Origin: the human T2T-CHM13v2.0 reference genome, Homo sapiens
Reading direction: 5' to 3' (one strand)
Length of the DNA: 64,000 nt
NCBI RefSeq assembly: GCF_009914755.1
Contig: NC_060936.1
In this document: piece by piece, positions 30,231-46,100 of the stretch
How positions within the stretch are numbered: position 1 is the stretch's first letter
Layout of the letters: each line of letters begins with the position of its first letter
Made by a program: the position numbers and the translations under genes
Notes under the pieces: generated by a model
Told to the model about the DNA's origin: nothing
The model's database searches: none
The model's input: the letters and a program-made list of their open reading frames with translations, nothing else

Positions 30231-30703
30231 TTGTGGACTTCAAAAAAAGTACAAATGTAAAATTTTATTTTTATTTCCTTCTGATTACCTTCTTTCACCC
30301 CAGAAGCCTTATCCCAGATATGCCTTACAACTTTGCCCACTACTCAGAGCTCTTCCTTCAAGATCACCTTGGCTTTTGACTTTCCAATGACCCTCTATTT
30401 GTAGGTGGTTAGTGAAAATATTCTACTTTTATAGATGAGAAAAATGAGGTATAAATAAGAAAAAATAAGGAAACGCCATGCTTCAGTTAAGTAGTTTCTG
30501 TAAGTTTTAAACACACATATAATTGCACTATGGTTGAAATGTAAACAAACAGCCTCTAAAAACCTGACTGCACCTCATCCAAAGATGGATTAGAATTTTA
30601 TAGGTTCAAAGTACCCTGTTCATTAATAATATGCAAAGATACAATTGCTTTGGATTTCAGATAAAGACCATTATATTACAAAGTATTAAATGGTAATTTT
30701 TTA

Positions 30704-30907
<204 letters not shown>

Positions 30908-31043
30908 CTAAGGAAAGCGGATATTCCCAGAAATGTGACGAAAAGCCTTGATTGGCAAAATGAACTACCTTTATTTCAGAAAGCATTTTTTACTGTCTCT
31001 ATTTATATGACTATAATATAAAAATGAGCAAAATTCTCTTCTA

Positions 31044-31196
<153 letters not shown>

Positions 31197-31324
31197 TCAG
31201 TAAAATGGAGGAAAGATGGACGTTTTCTATACTTGTTACATAACTCAATTCCTCTCGAAAGTAGTAATACAAATAACTAAGGGCAAATCATCCCCCAAAT
31301 CTAATTTATTTAAAAAAAGGATAA

Positions 31325-31470
31325 AGAAAAACTACCTGTCAGGTACCATGATTATTACCTGGGTGACAAAATAATCTGTACACCAAACCCCCATGACACA
31401 CAATTTATATAAAAAGCCTGCACATGTACCTCTTAACCTAAAATAAAAATTAAAGAAAATAAAATAAAAA
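31325..31470 (+). mobile_element. Short L1PA/PB extreme 3' end
   Basis: tacctgggtgacaaaataatctgtacaccaaacccccatgac...cctgcacatgtacc plus A-rich tail. Confidence 0.85.
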
Positions 31471-31717
31471 AGGGCCAGGAGAAAAACAAACAATGAAATA
31501 AAGTTAGAAGTGCCTGCAGGCGAAAAGAAAAACAAACTTTGTAAAATTATTTTAAAAGTAAATAACACTATTCAAAATGTTTTGAATTCTTACAGAATCA
31601 GCAAGTTCAAAAACCGTATTACTCAGCAATCTATAATAATAGAGCAAAACAAAGAATGAAAAAGATAATTGTACTTGAATTCTAGATAACAAAACTAGGT
31701 ATAGAAAATGTTAATTG

Positions 31718-32030
31718 GGCCAGGCATGGTGGCTCACGTCTGTAATCCCAGCATTTTGGGAGGCCAAGGCAGGCAGATCACCTGAGGTCAGGAGTTCGAG
31801 ACCAGCCTGGCCAACATGGTGAAGCCCTGTCCTACTAAAAACACAAAAATTAGCTGGGCATGGTGTCGTGGGCTTGTAATCCCAGCTACTTGGGAGGTTG
31901 AGACCGGAGAATCGCCTGAACCCAGGAGGAAGAGGTTCCTGGAGGAGGAAGAGGCAGTGAGCCGAGATTGCGCCACTGCACTCCAGCCTGGTGACAGAAC
32001 GAGACTCTGTCAAAAAAGAAAGAAAAAAGA
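31718..32030 (+). mobile_element. AluS with a 16-nt internal duplication-like insertion (31938-31953)
   Basis: Full Alu. TSD agaaaatgttaa(t/c)tg. Confidence 0.94.
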
Positions 32031-33884
32031 AAATGTTAACTGGATCATAACAGGACTTACTTAATGGGGATATTTTCAGAATTAAATGAGTTAATATACA
32101 TGAAGTGCTTAGTATGGTACTGGGTATATAATTTACATTGTTAGCTATTATTATTATTATTATATATAAGAATAGCATGCCTAACACTTCCTGATGACAG
32201 TTGTTCTAGGGAGAATGTTTTTATCCACCAAGTGATTAAGATATTTAGAAAATAATTTAAGAACTCACATTAATTGTCTTTTTTTGTTGATGATATCACT
32301 ATAAATTATTTTCATATATATTTCATACCTAAAATGTTATATAGAGCATCAAACTACATGTTTCACATTTTGGATCTTAAAAATAGGAGAGCTAGAAACA
32401 ACTGAAGAAAACTGGAATGTATCCTCAAACTATGAGTTAGAAAGCAAAGTGACCTGAAGGGAGGAGGTGCAGCAGGAATATAATCACTCCTTAGAAGGAC
32501 CAGGGATGGCAGGGAATGAAAGAAACTGAGGGAGCACTGAAGGGACAAAGCAGTAAAAAATGGTGGATGTTTCAGGTAAAAACTGGGAAGAGTTAACGGA
32601 ACAGTGGGAAAAAAAGTTTATAAAGGTCTTCTTCATTACCCTTCTTTCTTTGTTGCTTCTCCAATAGGTAATATGCAAACAAACTTCTACTTTGTCTTAT
32701 GGGCCCAAGAAAGAAGGAGCTGGTTTCTCATGCTACTACACACAGGCTACATGTTGAGATATCTAAAAATAACAATTCTGCAAAATTTTCAGTTGAGCAC
32801 AGTCATAGTCTCTCTACAGATAGATTGCATTGCTTAATAATCTGAATAATGAACAAAACAAAAGTAATTGCTATTTAGAGAGAAACTGAAGTTTGGAAGT
32901 TAGAATAAATTTATGTATAATCATTATAGATTGTCATATGATTAGCTCAGTAATTTTTCAACTTTCCATCTATTTGTCTGCATAGATAGAAACTATAAGA
33001 AATTTGACCTTATTAAAGCATTTAGGAGAATCCTTATGCAAAAGAAATATTAACAAAGCATTTTGATAGTTAAAGGGTAATTAAGAATTATAGGAGCCTT
33101 TAAAAAATCAGTCTGCTGGATATTGTAATTGTGAATAAATGGATGATATAATCAGTGTCCTCAAATGACTTTTATAGAAATAGACACAATTATCTTGATT
33201 GTCCTGAAATTTCTTTGGATGACAAGGGAAATATTTCAAATCTTTCAGACCCTCTGGATCATCTTAATGCACATCAATTATTTCTGAGATGTTGCAATAA
33301 GTACTGTGTATAGGAATTGGCTTTCAACTGCCCAGTGAGTTGCTTTTCAAAATCATCACAGACACTAGCTCCTTGTCATTTAGCTCCTTTTAATAACAAG
33401 AAAAAAATATTCTTACTTGAATTTTAAAATTATTAGATTTTGATAACTGGTAGAGAATTCTACCACTAATATATGAAATTTCTTTTAACATAGAAGTTAT
33501 AATGTAACTTTGCAGTTACTTAAAAATGAAAGTCAAAGAACCAATATAAAGTGATATCTCCACAGCAATGGAAAAATATCAGGATTACACTGACAAAAGT
33601 GTCTCCATTTCCATCACCAACAATGCAGCAAGGATATAATTATCAAGATTTAGCAAATCTTGATATCAGCAAATTATTGGTTTTAGAAAAGCAGATGATT
33701 TTCACAGGGGGAATCTGATTGCCTTTGAAATAACTTTCTGCTTCTGATTCCATTAAAACCCCAAGAATAATTTGTGACGTAGACCAAACTATCCCAAATG
33801 ATTCTTCCTGGGAATTTTTCACAGAAAAAATAAGACATGAATTGAAAATAAATTTTTATAATAATTCAATTTGACTGTCCATAA

Positions 33885-34213
<329 letters not shown>

Positions 34214-34554
34214 TGATTTTACATGTTAGAAGTTAGTAAGGCATAATTGAAAGTCCATTATCTCTAAATTAAAAGGTCCAAATTGTAGTTATGACCACTC
34301 TTGGAGGCTGGCCAATGTTTCAAACTCAGTCACTTAATTTGTAAAATGGGGATAATAAAGAGGCCTGAGAGAAAGCACCTTGGATTGCTGCAAAGATGCA
34401 ACAAAATAATGTAGTCAAAGTCTGTAAATCATTTCAAAAGTGTTGCTTTATTATTATTTTCTTATAAATAAAGCCATGGTGGATTAATATTGTGCTTACC
34501 CCTTCAATGTATCACAGTGAGACTTTAGCATCTTCCAAGCATCTCTTAATAAGG

Positions 34555-34800
34555 AAGAGTGTGGTGACTAAGAACACAAGCTCTGGAATCCAGCCATCTG
34601 ACTTTCTATCCCTGCTTCACTGTTACTATCTGTGTGATGTTGGATAAGTTATCCCCAAAAGCCTCAGTACGTTCATCTGTGAACAGCAGTAATAACAATA
34701 ATAATAGTAATAACAACAATAATGTCAAACCTAGGAGAGTTATTATGAGAATTAAGTGAGCTAATGTGTATAAAGTACTTAGAATCATGCCTAGGTCACA
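34555..34800 (+). mobile_element. MIR with internal (AAT/AAC)n expansion
   Basis: gtgtggtgactaagaacac...gtgagctaatgtgtataaagtacttagaa. The poly-Leu of ORF 34606..34788 is this repeat. Confidence 0.75.
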
Positions 34801-36155
34801 GAACTATCATTTATATGCCATAGCTTCATGGTGGGGATTTGTGATTTTTTTTGTCAAATATAACCTTTTCTACAACTTACTAAAAATTGAGGCTTAATGG
34901 CTTGAGAAACATGTCTCCAGATTCAATGTATATAATAAGATTATGGGGAAATATTTCCTTTAAAGAAAGCAAGACAATTGCCAAACGGCCAATTCAATGA
35001 ATGGTCAATTCTTTGTTTACAAGCTTATGTTATTTATTCTAATATATATATGTACAGTCTTCATTAATATATTCTCTTATATATTCAATAAATGTGCTTA
35101 AATAGTATATTCTTTATATGGATGTATTTTTGGAAATAATTTAATATATTCATTGATACAGCACATTTGCAGATGCAATGAAGTTTTCAAAAATAATATT
35201 TTTTGATACATAATTAAGACATTTTCATCTAACTTTTATACTGCATCAAGGCTAACATGATAAAAATTTATTTAGAGCAAAATGTGAAACTATTCAAGTG
35301 ACATGTACAAGTAAAATCCTTAAAGATATAAGTAATGCCTTTTTCTCAACTCTATTTTCTTTACCCAGCACAACAGATGGCATTGGGGATGTTCACTGAA
35401 TTTTAGTAGATAGAAAGGAGGAAAGAAGAAAGGGAGGGAGGAATAAAGAAAGGATAACAGGGAGTGAGTGAGTAAAGAAGAAATGTAAAAGGAAAGGAGA
35501 GAAAAGGAAAATACAGCAATAATTTCAGAAAATACCAGAGAATCTTTGCTGATTACATAGCCAATACTCAAAAGGCATGCATTTCTAGCACAAACTCTGT
35601 CATTCACTAGACATCAGTCCTTGGATAAGTTTCCGCATTTAGCTTGAGGATACCATCTACCCTCTCTCAGCACTGTGATGAGAATCAAATGGGATAATAC
35701 TGTACCTTGTGAATTTTTAAACAATGGAAATGTGAGATATTATTATTTTTGAGGAATTTTTAAAACACATCAACAGCATTCCATTGCTGCTAAAATGTTT
35801 TTCAATAAGTTGCAATGGAGTAATAAGACCAAGATCATAAGACCCAAGAGTTTTAAGGTTATCTGAGCTGAGCAGTGTGCATCTAGCACAGAGTTTTTCA
35901 AAGGGACACTTATATAAACACTATACATCAGGGATTAAGAAAAGTTATACAAAATATGTTATTTGTGGAAGAATTGAAAATACTATGCTTGCTTGGCCTA
36001 GAGAAATGTAAATTTAGACAAGTTATGACACTAATATTAGAATGTTGAACTATATATATATATTTTGCTGCAGAAGTAGAGTGCAGGCTGATGAACAGAT
36101 AGTACTCAGAAGCAGATCTCAATACCATAATAACTTTCCAATAATAAGAGCTGTC

Positions 36156-36628
36156 TGTGGTAGAAAGAATAATGGCCCCTAAGGATGCCCTGGTCCTAAT
36201 CCCCAGAACCTGTGACTGTGTTACCTTATATGTCCAGCAGGATTTTGCAGATGTAATTAAGACTAAAGACCTTGAGATGAGGAGCTTATCCAGACAGGCT
36301 TAAACTAACTATATGCATCCTTAAAAGCAGAAAACTTTCCCGGCTGTGAAGAGAGGAAGACGTGACTATGTAAAAATAGTCAGAGAGACATCATGTTGCT
36401 GGCTTCAAAGGTGGAGGAAGGCAGGCGTGAGACAAAGAATGTAGGCAGCTTGTAAACGCTGGAAAAAGCAAGAATATTGACTATTCCCGTCCCCAGAAGG
36501 GAACACAGCCCTGCTGACACTTTGATGGACTTCTAATCTATAGAAGTATAAGATAATATAATAAATCTGCATTGATTAAGTCACCAATTATGGCAATTTT
36601 TTATAGCAGTAACAGGAAATTTATATAC
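36156..36628 (+). mobile_element. MLT1 (C/D-like) MaLR solo LTR
   Basis: tgtggtagaaagaataatggcccc...tttgcagatgtaattaag...atagcagtaacaggaaatttata. Confidence 0.85.
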
Positions 36629-36977
36629 TGTCCAACCAGGAAAAGCTGCCTTAAAGGTGAGCAATGTATCTTCAGGGAGAGTCATCGAGAAGCTGTTAGA
36701 GTTAATGCTAAAAGTCATCTTGTAATGAAAGGGTGGGAATTGACAATAATTTAGTCCTACAACTTCTTTGATTTCCATGATTCTACAATTGAAGTAGGTT
36801 GGAGTCACTAAATCATAGCAGGCAGTAAAATGAACTGAGGAAGAAAGCCACACCCAGGGGACCTCAGTCCCTTTCAGATTTCCAAGGCAGTTCCTCAGGT
36901 TCAGTCAGTAATTGATCCCAAGGTTCAAGAAGTCATTTCTAGTTGTGGATCCATCCATTATTATAAAAAGAATTTAC

Positions 36978-37320
<343 letters not shown>

Positions 37321-38130
37321 TCATGGTGTTTTTAGGTTTTGAGGGGGAATAACTTTGGAGACAGGTATTCTTAGGGGGATGAATTAGTATGTCCAAATTC
37401 TGCTACCATCCCCAATGACAGATCTAAATTCAGTGGGAAACTCCAAAACCAACTTACTTTTTCAAGAGGCTCTAGAGATTAGATGGAGTGAAGACTCTAA
37501 AAATGTTCTGGGAACCAGATTGATAAGTGGTTAATAATTGTACAGAAGGAGAAGGCAGGGATGCATTTACATACTCTGCCAGCATCTCCCCATTGTCTAC
37601 TTGTAAGCTATTTTAGGTACCTCCTGCTGGAGAGACCAAAATAGACCAAAATTATAATCAACATAACCGTCAAATTTTATTTCTAGATCCACAGCTAGAA
37701 ATAAATTATTAGTCCAAGATGGATATCACGAAAATCATTCATGACGTTTTTAAAGACATAAATTTTAGATTCTACCTTTACAGATTATGCCACAGGTCTA
37801 GAGCAAAACCAAGCTTTCTACAGTTGTAGGGAGCATCACAGATAAAGCTTATCCACAGCCCGAGTTGCACAGCACTGGAATGGGGTACTACGCTTACTTA
37901 GCCCTGTGTCTACCAAGAGTATATTTTCTGGCTTTTTTTCTTTGCCATCAAATATAAATAAGAAGACTTATGATCCTGCCTCGTTCATCCAATACCATCC
38001 AAATCCTTTCCTGGTTAAGAAACTCAGAAAAACAACCACTTAGGGCATCTAAGTCTCTTGGACACCAATCTGGATCCTCCCAACTCTCAAGATACGTTAC
38101 TCTTCTACTGATCTACTAATCTGTACTTCA

Positions 38131-38352
<222 letters not shown>

Positions 38353-38789
38353 CTAGAGAAGAGACACCCCCAAATACCCATTTTTTAATATTAGTAAATG
38401 ATCTTTTGGTAATATGACCTTAAATTACAAACGTCTTTTTAAAAATCTTAGATTGATAGTAACTTGTTAATTAAATTGTAGTAACATTGGTAAGAAAACA
38501 TGGAAACTGTCTACTGGCCAACAGTTCTCAAAATAATCAAGATGGCTTCAGGCTGATATGGTTAATCTTCCTTTCACTCTAATAGAGATCTCTGCTGTAC
38601 AGAAGCATTAATAACCAAAACACTTGCTAGGAAATGCGAGCAATTCCAAGATTTTTTCTTGTTTACTGAGTTGTGTCTGTAGTTTACTTAACATACAACC
38701 CAAATTTGATATTATGAGTTATGTGAAAGAGTACTATCCAAGAGTATGCTTTCATAATAAAGTACCACTTACACTTTAAAAAAAAAAAC

Positions 38790-39185
38790 TAGTATTAATT
38801 GACCTCTTAGTATGTGCCAGACTTGTGCAAATGGCTTTACATTTTTAAATTTCTCTTATTCTTCATAGCAATTCCAAGATGTAGGTATTGTTTTAATTTT
38901 ACACATGTGGAAACTGAGGCTCACAGAACTTAAGTCCATTCTCATACACACTGCGGTATGTAGCAAAAAAGAACAGCCATTAAGAACAAAGGCCACAGAG
39001 CCAGACTAATCCTGGCTACACCACTACCTTGGCAACTGTGCAAGTTCCTTAACCTCTCTCAGCCTTGATTTTTGCAGCTTCATATGCAGATAACGATAAC
39101 ACCCATAACACAGATTTGTTGTGAAAGTAGATAATGCATATAAAGTTTGTGCCCAGGACTTACAACGATTAAAACATTGTAGACG
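38790..39185. mobile_element. Two MIR fragments in opposite orientation
   Basis: ggaaactgaggctcacaga (reverse core) followed by caagttccttaacctctctc (forward core). Confidence 0.65.
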
Positions 39186-39645
39186 TTGTTGTTCTAAAGA
39201 TTATAGGTATAACTATTTTTCAGCTTGTCTGAATAATATGACATCAATGCAAAACATGGTTACACAAAGAAAAAAGAGCACTTTAATAAGAATAAACAGA
39301 TTTTCAACAAGGTTGGGAGAAGCTATGGAAAGTAATCTTAGTTTCAAACCTATTACAGCAAGCTCCACGTAAGCAAAAATGCATTTGGTCAAAGCCAGGA
39401 ACTATGTTTCACCTTTCTTTGAGAACTCTTAAGTGACTAGTACCATGTTAAGTATACAGTGATTACTCAATAAATATTAATACGTAAGAAAGAGTGGCAT
39501 CAAAGGACTCCCATCCTTGGTTTTCTGGAACTTCTTACTGGGACAACATACAACTCCTAAGCTCTCAAATTTCATGATTCTCTATTAAAGATTAAAGACA
39601 ACCAGAAGACTTTTCTAGATTTTTGTTCATTGCTTAATGAAACTA

Positions 39646-39774
<129 letters not shown>

Positions 39775-39918
39775 TCAATTAATACATTGTCCATAAACTA
39801 AGTGCCAAATTCAATACTTTGGAAGTTGAAATAAAACATTTGCTGAATCACTTATTATATGCCAGCCTCTGCTCTACATTTCTGGATACAAAGATACATA
39901 AGTACTACTTCCCACTCA

Positions 39919-40218
39919 TTTTTTTTTTTTTTTTTGAAGACAGAGTCTTACTCTGTCACCCAAGCTGGAGTTCAGTGGCACGATCTTGGTTCACTGCAAC
40001 CTCTGCCACCTGGGCTCAAGTGATTCTCCCGCCTCAGCCTCCTGAATAGCTGGGATTACAGATGTGCACCACCATACCCAGCTAATTATTTTGCATTTTA
40101 GTAGAGACAGGGTTTCACCATGTTGCCCAGGGTGGTTTCGAACATCTGAACTTAGGCAATCAGCCTGCCTCAGCCTCCCAAAGTGCTAGGATTACAGGCG
40201 TGAACCACTACGCCCAGC
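39919..40218 (-). mobile_element. Alu (J/older S), about 177 nt upstream of the exon 19 acceptor
   Basis: Reverse Alu with gggctcaagtgattctcc. Confidence 0.93.
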
Positions 40219-41636
40219 TGGGTTCCAACTCTTAAAAAGCTAGTTCACGGAGCAGAAGACTGATACAAAAATATACGATGAAAGTTTACCTTGTTAGGTA
40301 TTATAGTGGAAGTGAGTATAAAGCACTCCTAGAACACAAATGAAGAAATGACTGACCATTCTGAGAAGTATCAGAGGAGGCAAAGCTTAAACTGTGTTCA
40401 GAAAGTTGAGTAGTAAGTTTTCAGGAAGAAAATGAGTAACGAAGTTTAAGGAACTTGAGAAAGTAAAAAAGTTCATGATGAATGTAAGGGACTGCAGGAG
40501 GTTCATTATGGCTAAAGCAGAGGTTGTGAGTGGGCGCCCTTCCACACTGTCATGCATGCTGAAGAGAGGAGACAAGGGAGATAGTGAGGACTGACAGTCC
40601 TCAAGTTCATATAAGGCTGGGACTGGAAATCAGATGAACTGGAAGTACAAGGAAGCATGGGGATTGAAGATGCTGGGGGAAATGGCAATGATTTTATTTT
40701 CTTAATCAGTTCATCTTAATGTAGTAGAGTCATTCTTCATTCTTCCCTCTTCTTCTTCCTGTTGATATCTGTCCACTGTTGTTCTTCAATTTTTTTTTCT
40801 CAACCATCCCTTCTTTTATATTTCTACCGTCATTCCTAAGTGTAGGCAACACACACTGCATGCCTGGGTAATTATTCCAACTGACTCCTAAATGTCTCCA
40901 TATATATGTATATATGCACATATGTGAATCTGTATATATAGAATGCACATCATTGTAGCCAATTGGCTTTTAGGCCCCCCAACTATCTGGTCTCAGCCTC
41001 CTGAATCTTTCTGTCTGGTTTGCTCCAGGTCCTAAAGGTTTTGTCTTTCATATGGTCTACTTTTCTCCTCCCTCCCCCTTCCTCTTGCCTCTCCACTTAC
41101 TTTATTCTCCTTAATTTTCAAGACCCAGCTTATGGTCCTAAGACCCACGCTTGCAAGAGTGGCTCAGGGAAAGGGTCATACCTTCTTATGTGGTGGTGGT
41201 ATTTAAAAGATGCTTGAAAGATGGTGTATTCTGGCTGTTCCCAGTCACCAGACCCCTCAGGTCCTATATTCTTCTTTTCACAATTAAACTTCCTTTGTGA
41301 AATTTACTTGAATTTTTCCTTCTCTATCTTCTCACCAACAACCTAAGCAACACATCCTCACTCTTACCCTCCCCACCCCACACACATACACACTTCAATT
41401 GCTGTTTAGTTTTGGTGTACAAATTGTTCTCAATAAGGGTCCAAGATGGGCTGGAACTTCCAGTGAGGCTTCTCTTCAAAGAATTGATTCAAAAGACCTT
41501 GGTGATGAGGATGAAAACAGGGCCAGCAGGAAAGAAAATACCAGATGTAAAGGTTCCAGAAACCATTGTTCATTCCCAAACACACGAGTCAGAAAGAGTT
41601 GCCATTTTGGTTCTAAATTTTATATGCTCAAAATTA

Positions 41637-41840
<204 letters not shown>

Positions 41841-43122
41841 TCAGATACAGAAATGGAAAACTTCTAAAAGAGAAAAATTTAAAGACCACCAACCTTATTA
41901 AGAAATGATTAAATATGCCACCTAAATTAAAGGGATTAGGATTTAATCAAAATGTCACATGTATAAAATTTGGTTTTCTACACTGAAGAAGTGTTTTATG
42001 GTCTAAACAACTAATTGAAATTTCCTTTTCTAAAATGACTATAATTTTTAAAAAATAATTAAAAGATTATAGCTACAGACATTTTACTTTATACTAATAG
42101 CACTTTATTAACTATAAATTCTACATGCAAACTTTAAGATGTTAATTGATACAGTAATTATTGTATGGCTTTGTGGCTTAATCACATTAACATATTTTAT
42201 GGTAATAGATAATATGTAAATATTTCAAAACAAAGAATATCTTAAGGAGTCCCTGAAACTTTCAATATTGAAATCGTGCATGTAAAAACTGCATATTTCA
42301 AAATATATTGAAATCGCTTATATTTTAAAAATAACTACCTCCCCCCTTTTGACTTGCAAATTCTACCAGATGTCTATACATCAGACTTTAATTTCCAATA
42401 GTTAGGAAAATACATGTGAGCTGAAGAGAATGATGGGAAGGGCAGGTCAGTTTAAAAGTCAGATTTCCACAGTTAGTTCATGATCTGTAAAGTACTAATG
42501 AAGGAAATAGGGTTAAAAGAGAGCAAGGTTAAAAAAGAGAGTAGCTAGAAATGTTCAATGATCTTTCTAAAACATTACGTCTTAGGAGTGTAGAAGACAT
42601 GATACTATATAGTATGCTAGCAGTCTCTGAGATAATCATATGCAGAGTAAAACAATGGTTCCCAACCTCTGACATGCCTGCTTTCCCCCCCACCCCACTC
42701 AGCTCTTTAAGGTTTTTGTTTTTGTTTTTCCTTTTAAGTAGATAAAGCACTTGGCTCTTCATCTCTACCTTACAGATGGATCCCATCACTGTTTAACTCA
42801 TAATCAATATATGTATTAATTCTTACATTTTTATTTTATGAAATCCCAAACCCAGTTTACTGAGGATAGTTTGAGTTTCAGCCAAAGTTGGGACACGTGT
42901 GACTCAGTGAGAGGAAAACAGTTGACACAAGGAGCCACTTTGTTTGGTAAATTAGTTCTTTTAGCAGCTTGTCAAGGTTGCGAACCACTGCTGTTGGAAA
43001 TATGCTAGCACACTTTAATAAATAACTATACATTATCAGAGTAAGCAAAATGAGATTAAAGAGATTAAAGTCTGAGGAAGGAAGTTATTCTTATTAAACT
43101 CAGGTTAAAATAGAAATAATAC

Positions 43123-43161
43123 CTTCTGGTTGCTTCAAAAGAAGGCTCAGATTCATTTACA
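43123..43161 (-). CDS. ABCC9: ABCC9 exon 17, 39 nt, (N)VNESEPSFEATR(S); known cassette exon
   Basis: acttgcag|TGTA ... AGAAG|gtatta. Symmetric phase 2-2. Confidence 0.94.
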
Positions 43162-46100
43162 CTGCAAGTATGGCAAACAATGTTCATTAATTATGAAGTA
43201 GAAATATAGAACCAATGTGCATACACGTCAGGTAAGAGATACAATAAACACTGGACATATTAAAGAGCACATTTCCCAAATGGTTTCTGATATTAATTTC
43301 AAAGACAAACCAGATAAGTAGTATTCTTCTTTATGTCTTCATCAGCTAGGAAATAATTGCTTAGTAAGCTTCTAAAACATAGATAGCACTGTTCTCTTTC
43401 ATAAAAATTTTGGTTCATACAATGACTGGGTTCTAGTGCTAACCCTGCTCCAAACAGCTGTAAACTTGGGGAATCCCTCTAGAATACAGTTTCCCGTTTC
43501 ATAAGGACTCTGTATTTCCAAGGCCTTCCAACCTTTAAAATTTGAATTCAATAAATTTAAATTCCAAATTAGCTACCCTAAGGTAGCAGCAGAAATACTT
43601 TTTGGGCGCTAAACACGAAAGATACACAAAACACACTGGCCCCTCAGGAGCTTGTAAGAAAAACAGACATGCACCAGAAACCAAACTACATCTAAGTAGA
43701 ATCAATTATTGATATGATTTATGTAAAAAGTGGGCTTTGGTCACAATTTGTTATGCCTGTATTATGAGGAAAGACACCTGAAGACCTATTTCTTTTATTG
43801 TTCTAATTTTTTATAATTTAGGGTCAGTTGAATTCAATAACATACACATTACAGACGTGAATTCAATAACCATACAAATAATTAAAGCCTACAGAAACTC
43901 CAAAAATTGATTCCATTTGACTTTGCAAAATGTTGTATGTTTTTGTGGAGAAAATTTACCTAATTATGCTACCTAATGATATTTGGTTTAGAGTTACTAA
44001 GGATCATTTTCACTACTGCACACTGCTAATGACATCTTGGGATGGCTGACAGAGGCAAAAAAGGCAACCTCAGACTAAAAATTTCCTCCCAATAATAATT
44101 GTTCCCTGATTTAAGTTACTGATAAAAAATAGGGAAATGATCATTTTTATGAATAATATTTTCCACACAATATGCTTTAGATAACAAGAAATTTGGACTT
44201 TGTTTTCTGTGGTATAAATCCAATGGGTGACCTCACTAGTTTTAACTAATTTGAGGAAGACAGGGAAGAGAGAAGAGTGAGTATGTGGCAGAAATGAATG
44301 TGTTAATTTGTATTCTGGCCATTCAAGTGGAAATGCCCATTAGACATGTGTAAATACCTGTTGGACATTTGAGAATGTCAGCCCAACGCAGAGATATGGA
44401 TTAAGAATTCATCAATCTATTCAATAAAGGTTGGTTAAATTCCGACTCTATTTATTCAGTATCAGTTAAAAAATATGCATTGATCACTTCCTAGTGCCAC
44501 ACGTTAGAGATACAGCAAACAAGAAAGATCCACTCCTTCTTTCACACCACTTTCACTTTTGTGGGAGCATAATAAGGGAATAAGGGCTGAGACAGGTGGG
44601 GTAAAAGATGGTAGTAGGGCACTGATCAAGAACCAACAACCAAAAACGAAGCAAAGAACCAGAGCACCAAGCCACTTTTAGCAAATCAGAGTAAACAATA
44701 GAGTTGATGTCAGAGGGAAAATTAAGAGTGTGCTAGATGAAAAAAAAAAAAAGCCAAGAGTACTTCAGACCAGAGAAAATATGTATTAGAAGGCCATGAG
44801 GTATCCTGATTACACAAAGAAGTGATGTATATTCAGCATGGCTGAAATGTAGGTGTAAATGGCAATGAACTTAAAAAGTAAGCACAGCCAGATAATGAAG
44901 GGGCTCATAATCCATTTTATAGAGCTTGAACTTTTCCTAAAAGTAAAAGAAAACTACTGAAAAAGGTTTAAACAAGAGAGAGATACAGGTTCAATTTAGA
45001 AATATCACTGTGATCACAGAATGTAACAACTGAACTAGAGGGAACAAGACTGGAGATCATAAAAGAAATCCTTTGCCAACCTCACAGATTTGACTCAGTC
45101 AAGTCACCTATAATCGTTCTTATAAAACACTGTACTTCTTCCTAGTCTTTATAAAACATTAATAAAATAACCATAAAATTATTTTCTTACTTCCTCTTGG
45201 TTTCCCCTGCTAAACAGTAAGCTTCATGAAAATAGGGGCCTGCCTTCTCTTGTTCACTTATTTCTCCCCCAACTTAGAACTAATACAATGATTTGCATAT
45301 AAATGGTGTGCAACAAATATTTTTTAACAAATTAATAAATGCAAGGGTCACGGAAACCAAGAAGCCAAGTTGATTTCAAGGAGTCGTCGATGGGTGAAGA
45401 GTTTCAAAATCTATGGAGAAGTAGGACTGAGGACAAATTATTGGGAGTTAGCACTTAGGCAGTCATTGGTGAGACCCTCTCATCCAGGTTGCAATGCACA
45501 GAGTAAAAGAGAAGAACAGAGGTTAAGTGTGGGTGGACTAGGTCGTTAAAAAGAGAAATGTTCCAGTTGATTGAGAGATAAGAAAGACCATTATTTAAAA
45601 AATGGGTGGGGAATAATGGAGTGTGAAGAGCAATAAATAAAGACATTTATAAGAGAAAAGGGTTAATTAATGCAGTAAGGTCCTGAAAAAAGCAAAACAG
45701 CACATAGGGGATCTTCACTTCTGAAAACCTCTCCTTGAAGGATTTACGTATATTTTCCTTTTCTTTCAGAGAAAGAAAAAAAGAGGTAAACTTAGACTCA
45801 TTTGTAGGTAATCATCTTCCAAAAACAAATTAACCCATTATTTCACTAACATTTTTATGAATAATGTTATAATCCTTAACTTCCAGAGACTACCTATTCC
45901 GGCCCTCTCACATATCAATATGTTTAATCAAATTCAGTTGTGGAAGGTTATATAATTTCTCTTCCAAAATAAAGAAGTAGATTTAGCTCTGTCTAGACTC
46001 ATCCTCCACCATTCAATGTGGTACTCAACAGCACTCAAGACAACAGGAGAATGCAAAGAGGTCATATAGAAAATCCCCTTCTAGAAAACAGAATAAAGTT

